Shown here piece by piece: positions 54,653 through 64,000 of a stretch of 64,000 nt of DNA. Under the pieces are notes generated by a model. That model did not search any database, was not told the DNA's origin, and was given only the letters and a program-made list of their open reading frames with translations. Source of the stretch: Eledone cirrhosa (Eukaryota). Position 1 is the stretch's first letter. Each line of letters begins with the position of its first letter. The translations under genes were made by a program, and so were the position numbers. The stretch spans positions 313,410,001 through 313,474,000 of the forward strand of contig OZ024740.1 of assembly GCA_964016885.1 (NCBI GenBank), written 5' to 3'.

Positions 54653-56399
54653 AAAAAGAAATAACTGAATGGATCATCTTAACATCTGCCACCCAATAGC
54701 TATACACCATTTAGTTCCTCTCTATTTCTACAGTCCTCCTTCCTCTCAATCTTTCGTTATTCCTCTACATCTGACGTCATTGTTTTTGTGTTTGTTTTTT
54801 AACAAAAAAATGAAGACGACGACGACGACGTGACAACAGAGAAAAAGCAAAACATATAAAAAAGGGAAGAAAAAGAAGCGATTGTGTGATCCCCCTACGG
54901 TGTATTTAAAATCCATGCTTTATGTAATTATGCACCTTTTTTGAAGTTATACGGACCAAACGTTATCAAAGTGTTTGTCTCAAATATGGCGGTCTTGTAC
55001 TTATTCCCAGATGGGTCGTTAATGTTTTTCAAGAAGTGGAACTGATTTCTTCCTCGACGACAAAGCCCACTCACTGTCAGGCGTTACAACCCATCTTTCT
55101 CGTCTTCATCCAGTATGTATGCATGTATGTATGTATACAAACACCCACATACGTACACCCACACCCACACCTATATTTATATATGTTTGTATGTACGCAC
55201 ACACACACACACACACACACAAACATACACATATATATATATATCTGTAAATTTGCCTCCTCTGTTTTGTTTTGTTTCTTTTATTAACTATATATATATA
55301 TATATACATATATACATATTTATGTGTGTATATGGCACCGTGACTTATAATTTAAAAATAGTTTCCTCCCACTTAAAAATATATATATGTATATTTATAA
55401 TTCGAAACGAATTTAGAGTAAAAATAAAACTTGAAATTCATCATAAAGAATACAAGATCATAAAAAATACAAGAAATCCCAGCAAAATAAAAACGATAGA
55501 AAAACCGAAGAAAGAAGAATTGTGTGTATGTTTTTCTGATTCTGTTGTTGATTCTGCGTTAGTTGTACAAGAGAGAATAACAGTAAGTTAAATGTCTTAA
55601 TCCTCAATGGGAATATACTACAATGGTATTATCAAACAGTTACGTCTATAAATACATATTAACATCTCGTTTTTAAAATAGATCCGAACATGATCTCTGT
55701 ACTTAAATATAGTCAGATTGAATTGTTTTTAAAACGTCTTTATTTCCAGATGTCCAAATGTAAATTTCTAAAAAAATAAATAACGTTTGTTATTATTTCT
55801 GTTGCAATTTCTGTTACTGAAATTATAGCTATGACAAATATTGTTTTTATTGTAGCTGTTGTGCAAGTGTTGCTGAACTGTCATTGTTGTTGTTGTTTAG
55901 TTCCAGGCCAGGCCTGATCAGGGTATTGTCAAAAATGTGTTCCAACCGAAGATCTCATCTTTTGTACACCTACGAATATAACGTCCAATGTGTCAGGTCT
56001 TTTTACAGTCGCTAAGTTGTGATTTTGGGGAAGATTTAGTTTCTATTTCTAACAGCTCGCGTGACTACGTTGGGTCCATCCCTCACCTAAGGACTTCTGC
56101 AGAAGTTGATTATATGTAGCACCATGGGGCTGTCTAAGCCTGCTGTATCCTCCACCGATCAGTCTGTCGTTGTTGATGTTGAGGTGTAGCTTCAAATCGT
56201 GCAGTCCAAGCACTCACCAGTCACCCACAAATCTATCTATACTGTTATACTATGGTTCCATTTAGACGACAGCTATACTACAAACTCCAACATGCAGTGA
56301 TGAATCGTTAGGGGACATTATGACAGTCTGGACATGCTACGCTCTATTGTCCAATCTTTGTATATAACCCCAGCTCATGATGATATAGTACGCTGTTTT

Positions 56400-57620
56400 G
56401 TATACGTTTTAGTTTATTGAAGCATTTTGACGAGAGACTGACCTCTCAAGTAGAAATGACAGAGTCTATAATGTTATCTAATAATGTGTCGTTTATTATT
56501 GTTATTTCTTTCTGTTGGTCAAATGTGTTATCTGTGATTGCTCTAAACGTCTTTGTGCATAGTTTTGTTTTCTGTACTATGCCCACTACAGTATTATGAA
56601 TGCTATAGAGGTGTTGCGACATCAGTATGTGGTATGTGTATGTTGTTGTGTGTAATGTGTTGTTGTGTGTAATGATTGGTGGTGTTTCACTTGTGTTGCA
56701 GGTAAATAAGGAGAGGTTGTAGCTTTGGAGCCAGGTTTCTAGATTATTAATATAATGTTGGTGTAGGTGTGAAGTGATGTTTGGAGAATGGTTGGACAAT
56801 GTGAGTGTGGTGATATCTGCGTATATGACTGTGGATATGTTTTGCTGAAGTGTGGAAGATTTTTTATGTATAGATTAAAAAGTGTGTGAAAGGATGTACT
56901 ATCGGGTCCCAAATAAAAGGGGGTTGGTTCGAATAAGAGGGTTGGTAAATTGATTATTTTTCTTGGTTGTCTCCCTTGATGTTTTAAAAACCAGAATTAG
57001 TCGTTTAGTTTATATATTGAGACCCAACCCATCCTATTTACTTTATAACGTATCGGACCTCTTGTAATGTTCTTTTTTTGTCATGTATAATGTTTTTTGG
57101 TGTCTAAAGAAAAGTAATTGTCGCAGAAATGCTATCACTTAAAATAACATTTCGCCGAAATAGATTAATAAAATTTAATAAGGGGGGGGGGGGGGGGCTT
57201 GTTATATATTATTCGGGAAAGAAGTACAAGTTCTGGAAATGGCAACTTGACAGGTAGTTTACTTGCTTGAGTTTAGTGGTTTTTTTTTTTTTAGGTAGTG
57301 TGAATATATTTATATGAGTGGATAGCGGTACTGATGCCGATAATTACAATTTTGACCCTAACTATTATAGTAGTTAGAGTTAGAATTTATTTCTGAGTGT
57401 GTGGTTTTGTTTTTGCTAGTGAAACCATTATATATTTTCTGTGTTATATTACTGGGTAGTAAGGTGGTTAAGTGTAGTCGTTTGAATACGTGATCTAATT
57501 TGAAGAGGGGCATGTGCCGGTTATTGCTGTCAAAGATTAGCCTATCTAGAATTTCTGAGAATGTATATAAGAGAATGATGGGTCGGCATGGAGTTACGTC
57601 ACTTGGGTTCTTGTGATGAC
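56400..57620 (-). pseudogene. Jockey/I-like LINE RT remnant, interrupted
   Basis: Minus strand CRPIILLYTFSEILDRLI (RPISLL..SKILE.L), FNLYIKNLP, YAD(I), INNLETWL. Confidence 0.6.
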
Positions 57621-57917
57621 CTGCACATAAGCGGACAAGGTCAACTCGCTAGCTGTAATATATACAATAGAGAGCTGGGTGTTAAATTCAGGTATAGATT
57701 AGATTTCTCAGTAGAGCCATTACATTAGATTCACTACTTGTGTTAGTGATTTCCTGTCACAGTTAGTAGCCCACCAATTAGGCTAACATGGCACAATTTA
57801 TATTTACCACACTCTGAAGAACTAAGCCTTCAGTAGTCACCCAACATCCTATTAAAGGGTTTCATGACCTTATCATAATTGATGCATTTTTCTTCTTTTA
57901 CTTATTCTTAAAATTAG

Positions 57918-58132
57918 GGTGGCGGAGTGACAGTATCGGTAGAGCGTCGGACAATATGCGTTGCAGCATAGAATTACATCCCTTTACGTTCTGAATTCAA
58001 ATCCCGACGAGGTTAGCTTTGCCTTTCAGTCTTACGGGGTCGATAAAATAAAGTAGCAGTAATGTACTGGGGTCGAATTAATCGACTTTTCCATCACCCA
58101 ATTGTTGGCCTTGTGCGTCAATCAAAAACCAT
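57918..58132 (+). mobile_element. Full-length SINE copy
   Basis: SINE consensus. Confidence 0.85.
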
Positions 58133-58428
58133 TTATTCTTGAAATTTAATTTAAGAAAAAGTGACAGAAGTAGGGGTCCATTCTTCAACTCTGCCCGGTT
58201 ACTAGGACAGAACTCACGAAACAAATAATAGTGAAAGGTAAAGTCGATCCTGTGGCATTTGACTACAGAAAACAAACATAACTTAATTTTATTGGACTTT
58301 CTTTCAATATTACTGGACACTGATTAATATTTGTGTTGTTAACAAGGGCAACACGGATTAATTAGATACATTAAAATACACTGGCGGTGACAAATATACA
58401 GGAGCACACATCCTCCGCCTCCCCATCA

Positions 58429-58429
<1 letters not shown>

Positions 58430-58467
<38 letters not shown>

Positions 58468-58715
58468 TCATCATCATCATCATCATCACCATCATCATCA
58501 TCACCATCACCATCATCACTATCATCATCACCACCATCATCATCATCATCATCATCATCATCAGCAGCCCATCATCGTTATCATAGTCCTCCTCATCGTC
58601 GTCATAATCATCGTCATTCTCCTCATCCCCATCCTGCTCCTCCTCCTCCTCATCCTCATCATCCCCCTCCACATCATAGTCGACGTCATCATCATCATCA
58701 TCATCATCATCATCA
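58430..58715. repeat. (TCG)/(TCA)/(TCC) trinucleotide tract
   Basis: Direct reading. Confidence 0.92.
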
Positions 58716-59133
58716 CTTAGCTTAACACTTTCATTACTTGTCATAGACATTGGACATTTTTGTAGCTTCTTTTAATGCTCCAGAATGTTCGTTCCAGGTT
58801 CCAGGCGTAGTTTTTTGGTCCAGGTTCCAGATTTTCAGATCATAACTGATTACCTTTTCCCAGGTTTTGTGTGGGCACCCACTTCCCCGTCTACCAAGGG
58901 ACACAATCTTGGTACATCGATGTATCCACTCACATCTACGATTCAGATGTCCTAACCAACGCAGTGTACATGATCATAAAACAAACAAAAAACAAAACAA
59001 AACAAAACAGACATATCAACACACACACACACACACGCGCATAAACTCACGCACACACACATTTACACTCACATAAAAACACACAAGCACATATAAATAT
59101 ATCTAAGAATATTCACACACACAAACACATACA

Positions 59134-59178
<45 letters not shown>

Positions 59179-59350
59179 TTATCTGATAGATCTCTGTTTG
59201 TTGAACTATTACATAAGGGTTCAGTGTCCGTCCCCAACTTCACTACAACATGTTGAGATTAGGGTTTTAGTTGAAGAGTAGGTTTTAACGTTAGTTTTAA
59301 ACTAAATTGTTATTCTGAGTTTTTCTTTCTTCTCGAACAGCGCTGGTTTG

Positions 59351-59434
<84 letters not shown>

Positions 59435-59441
59435 GTATCTA

Positions 59442-59477
59442 CCACTTTTGATGCCCTAGTGGCAAATAAAAGAAACA
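59442..59477 (+). mobile_element. ~36-bp 3'-terminal stub of the Tx1-type LINE within (TATC)n
   Basis: CCACTTTTGATGCCCTAGTGGCAAATAAAAGAAACA matches the end of the large copy at ~63714-63749. Confidence 0.85.
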
Positions 59478-59536
<59 letters not shown>

Positions 59537-59538
<2 letters not shown>

Positions 59539-60276
59539 GGCAGTGCTACCGAGGAGCTCTACCAGTTCGAGACAAGCTCTACAGACATGGGCGCCCGGGC
59601 AGGGACCCTGCAAAAAAGATCTGTCCGAGGTGCGTGCGAGACGAAGAAACCGTCGCGCACGCATTCATACACTGCCCGGGCGTCACTGACCTGTGGGGAT
59701 ATGTAGAACGACTATTGTCGCGGGTGGGACCAATCCAGTTGACCACCGAGTCCATTGTCATGATCAAACCGCCACCCTCCTTCAAAAACGAAGGAGAGGC
59801 GGTTTTCCTTTGTGTGATAGCTATGGCGAAAGAGGTTGTATGGTGGACAAGGTTGAAAGGGCTGAGGTCAGACACCTTTCTCTCCGGCCAACAACTGATT
59901 CTTTTTTTCAAATACCACTTTGGAAGAAGAATCAGGATGGAGAGAGAGGTGCTGTACCCCAGCAAGTTTTATGAAAGGTGGGTGAAAGTGGCGAGAATGG
60001 CCCGAGTGAATGGGCCTTCTCTCTATATCAGCCTGTAGATTGAGGAAAAGGAGGAGGAGAGGAAAGGAGTACAAGCTCTTCGTACTCCTGGAGATGAGGG
60101 TTGCACATTTTTTTCGGGGGTATGTGTTACCCATATAAACTGTCTCCCTCTATTGGGGAAAATCGACTAACTTTTAAATTCCATCTGTGATAACATTTTA
60201 CACGTTTTTATTGTATGTAAACTTCCCCCTTTGTATTTGTCCCCTTCTTTTGTGCCCCTGTGGCTAATAAAGAAAT
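59537..60276 (+). mobile_element. 5'-truncated Tx1-type LINE copy within (TATC)n
   Basis: Encodes the same C-terminus (CPRC..DEETVAHAFIHC...VNGPSLYISL) with a distinct 3' UTR. Confidence 0.92.
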
Positions 60277-60305
60277 ATATCTATCTATCTATCTATCTAT
60301 CTATC

Positions 60306-63300
60306 TTGGACCCGGAGGGTCGACTAGTGGTTCTGGACCTTGGCAGTGGTAAAGGCGGAGCGTTTAGGTTGGTAGCCGCCTACGGCCCTTTCGGGTCAAT
60401 GCGGCCGGACTTCTTCCATCGTCTGGAGACTTTTCTGGGGACGTCCCGCTCCTTGCTATTAGTGGGGGACTGGAATGGTATCCTAGATGCACGCTGGGAC
60501 TACGTAGGGGCCTGCCCCGATAGAGAGGGGTGTAATAGCCTCAAAGGGTTAATCGGTCGATTTGACCTGGCCGATAGATATCGACTAGATTTTCCGACTG
60601 CGCCAACCTGGACTTGGGCAAATCGTAGCGGATCATCTAGGTCGTACCTAGATAGGTTCTTAGTTAGAATTAAGGATAAGGACTTTTTAAGTTGTCCAAA
60701 AATGCGCATGGTTGGCTATTCAGACCACAAATTAGTGACCTGCATGGTCAACCTTGACAGAACTCATAGACAGGGCCCCGGTTACTGGAAGCTCAACTTG
60801 TCCTTGCCGGCAAGTAGAGCCTACAGGAATCGGATTAGTACGTTAGTTAAGGAACGGTTGACTGGAGCGATCGTCAACAGCAGGTGGTGGGTATCTCTAA
60901 AGAGAGAGATTAGAGTAGTCTCGATAGAATTTAGTAAGGTTCTAGCTGCGGATAGGAATAGGAAGGAAAGGGAGCTAATAGATAGAGTAGAAGAGGCAAT
61001 TAGAAGCGGCGACGTGGCCAGAGTGCTAGCGTCGAGAACGGCTTTGAGCCAGTTTTTCGACGCGAAGCACGAAGGCTGCGTTGTCCGAAGTAAAATACGT
61101 GCTCTAGGGAACGAGGGGACCAAAGCTGTTAGCTGGGCCCGCGTGACAGAGGCCAACAGTGGAACTAAATCCACCATCCGGTCTTTGCGAGACCTGGATG
61201 GACGGGCGATTCTTGAGCCTAAGCAGATGTGTGAGGCCTTTCAAAGGCACTTTGCCCGACTGTTCGGGAGGGGCGGGGAGCCGGTTGGGAACGTGGACTT
61301 CCGTCCATACCTCGACGGCCTGCCGCGCCTCTCGGACAGGGAGGCGAAGTCCTGCTAGGAGCCGATTTCGGCCGCTGAGATAGAGGACGTGCTGAGCCAA
61401 TGCGGCAAACGCAAATCCCCGGGTCTCGATGGTCTTCCTTACGAATTATATCTAGCTATGCCGGACTTGTTCCCCGATCTCCTCGAGGCGGTCTACTGCA
61501 ACTGGCGACAGAACGGGAGAATTCCCTGTACTGTGACCAAGGGCGTAGTCACGCTAGTGAGGAAGGACGAGAACAAGGGGGACGAAATAAGTAACTTCAG
61601 GCCCATAACACTGCTAAATACAGAGTTACAGATTTTGGCCAAGGTGCTAGCAAAGAGGTTGGCGCTTGTCGTGGGCAACCTGGTGGGAGATGCGCAGACA
61701 TGCGCTATCCCGTCCAGGTCCATCCATGACAACCTCCACCTCATGCGATACATCATAGAGAGGGTTGGGAACGAACCCGGCTTTGGTGGGGCTCTGATCA
61801 ACTTGGATCAATCTAAGGCGTTCGATAGGGTCGACCATGGTTACCTGGATGCGGTGCTAGCGGCGGCAGGCTTCGGACCCGTTTTCAGGGGCTGGATCAC
61901 TGCTATGCACAGCAGCCGCATCTGCTCTAGGGTCAAGGTGAACGGCTACCTCTCGGAGCCGTTCCAAATCGCGCGGTCCATCCGACAAGGGTGCCCTCTC
62001 TCCTCCCTTCTGTATGTGTTGACTCTCGAGCCACTACTGCGGAAGTTGGAGTTGTTGCAGGGCATCCCCTTGGAACCGGGATTGCGGAAAGCGGTGTCGG
62101 CCTACGCCGATGACGTGACAGTAATGGTGTCGACGGCTTCCGAAATCGAGGCGGTCGGCACCTTACTGGAGGAGTACAAAAGGTTCACAGGGGCTAAGCT
62201 GAACCGGGACAAGTCGATCGGTTTGCAACTCGGCACGTGGAGGGGCAGACCGATGCCCTCCGATAGCGTCGTCGGACGCTGGACGGAGGGCCCGGTGAAG
62301 TTGCTCGGGGTCTGGTTCGGACCGGACCTCCAGGTGGAGAAAAACTGGGCGGAGGTTACAAACAGGGTGTTTGCACTGACCCAGAAGTGGGCCAGTTGCA
62401 AACTATCCCTGAAAGGTCGGGCGGAAGTGGCGAACACCTACATAGCGTCCGTCATCTACTACCGCCTGACCGTAGTGCCCTGCCCAAGGGAAACCCTCAC
62501 CAAGATGGAGCCCGCGCTCTTCCAATTCCTTTGGAAGAGGCGGGCTCCTATGGTGAGGAGATCCATCTGCTGTCAACACCCTTCGAAAGGAGGGCTGGGG
62601 ATGCCGTGGCTAATGATGCGTAAACACGCATTAAGGCTACGGCACCTCTACGTATTCCTCACCGGACAACCGGTGTGGGCCTCGTTTGTGAGACGAACCT
62701 TTCCCAGACTCGTCTCACTCACCGAGCTGCAATCCTGGGTCAAGCAAAGACCGAGAAAACTGGGCGCCTGGCACACTGAGTGTGCCCAGGCGCTCACCGC
62801 CCTCTGGCAGGCGGATCCGGTTATCAGTGGAGACTCCACCGCAACATTCTATAGAGGGCTGGTACGCAGCAGGTGCGACGACGCCCTCGGAGAAGCCCTA
62901 GACATGGAGGAGGACGAACTGGCCAGCCTGTTCGGTAGGACATTCAGCCCAGGACCTATGGACAACTTCCAGAAGTCCCTGGCCTGGCAGTGCTACCGAG
63001 GGGCTTTACCCGTTCGAGAAAGGCTCTACAGACACGGGCGCCCGGGTAGGGACCCCGCCAAAAAGATCTGTCCCAGATGCGTGTGGGACGAGGAAACCGT
63101 TGCACACGCATTGGTACACTGCTCGGGCGTAGCCGATCTGTGGGGCTATGTCGAACAACTGCTGTCAAGGGTGGGACCGATCCGGTTGACCACCGAGTCT
63201 ATTGTAATGATCAAGCCGCCTCCCCCCTTCAAAGATGAAGCAGAGGCGGTGTTTCTGTGCGTAATAGCCATGGCGAAAGAGGTTGTATGGTGGACGCGTC

Positions 63301-63485
63301 TGAAAGGACTGAGGTCAGGCACCTTTCTCTCTGGCCAACAACTGGTCCGTTTCTTCCGATATCATTTCGGAAGAAGGATCAGGATGGAGAGAGAGGTGCT
63401 GCACCCCAGCCGTTTCTATGAAAGATGGGTGAAAGTGGCGAGAATGGCCCGTGTGAATGGGCCTTCACTCTACATCAGACTATAG
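60306..63485 (+). pseudogene. ORF2: APE endonuclease - reverse transcriptase - CCHC; single in-frame TAG at 61356-61358
   Basis: GDWN, WTW, SYLDRFL, SDH (APE); KSPGLDGLP, FRPITLLN, LDQSKAFDRV, QGCPLS, YADD (RT); CPRC...HALVHC; ORFs 60231 and 61389 share a frame. Confidence 0.92.
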
Positions 63486-63749
63486 GTGAGGAAGATGAAA
63501 GACCAAGGGAGCACCCCTTCTCTGTGCTCCTGAGGAGAAGGGTTGCACACTTTTTTCGGGGGTGTGTGCGACCCCCCAAGGCGCCTCCTCTCTATTGAGG
63601 ATTTTGTTAAAAATTTTATTTTTTGTTATATCTTATTTTATTTTTATATTTTGTTATTGCCTCCTCCTTATTGAGGACGCCTTTTTGTGTAAACTCCCCC
63701 CTTTGTACTTGTCCCACTTTTGATGCCCTAGTGGCAAATAAAAGAAACA
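60306..63749 (+). mobile_element. Tx1-type (L1-clade) non-LTR retrotransposon, 5'-truncated in the APE domain
   Basis: (TATC)n on both sides; ORF2, 3' UTR and AATAAAAGAAA terminus. Confidence 0.93.
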
Positions 63750-64000
63750 TATCTATCTATCTATCTGGGATGGACACACGCGTATAACTTGCTGAGTAAG
63801 TTCTGTTTAAATTTCTATAGAAATTCTTGTCTGATAACTTTAATTTTTGTACCATTTTGTAGAGGGACTGCCAGGTCAAACTTTGATCTGGTCAGTCTCT
63901 CAAAATATTCTACGCCTTTAGGCGAAATAGTTAAACAAAAAAAAAGTTTTTTCTTGTTGAAAAGTCAATATTTTTTAAATGGCCGAAGCTTCTTCACCAA

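Overview
AT-rich, repeat-saturated eukaryotic intergenic or intronic DNA. The SINE family and microsatellite load suggest an octopus/cephalopod genome (inference). No intact host gene is recognisable, and nearly all listed ORFs are microsatellite translation artefacts. Recognisable content: (1) a near-intact 5'-truncated Tx1-type (L1-clade) LINE (APE-RT-CCHC, one in-frame stop) plus three more 3' fragments, all ending in (TATC)n repeats; (2) a decayed Penelope-like element (YRDD RT + GIY-YIG) with inverted pseudo-LTRs; (3) about 20 copies of a tRNA-derived SINE with a Deu/Nin-like core; (4) mariner and hAT MITEs and remnants of hAT, RTE, CRE/RLE and Jockey/I-like elements. The main unannotated signal is about a dozen different type-I hammerhead ribozyme (HHR) motifs in short non-coding cassettes embedded in (TA)n tracts, several as fold-back palindromes or 1.3x tandem units. 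Four of them carry a compensatory U3-A8 core (TTGANAA) instead of C3-G8. All structures were read by eye; no alignment, folding or database search was run.
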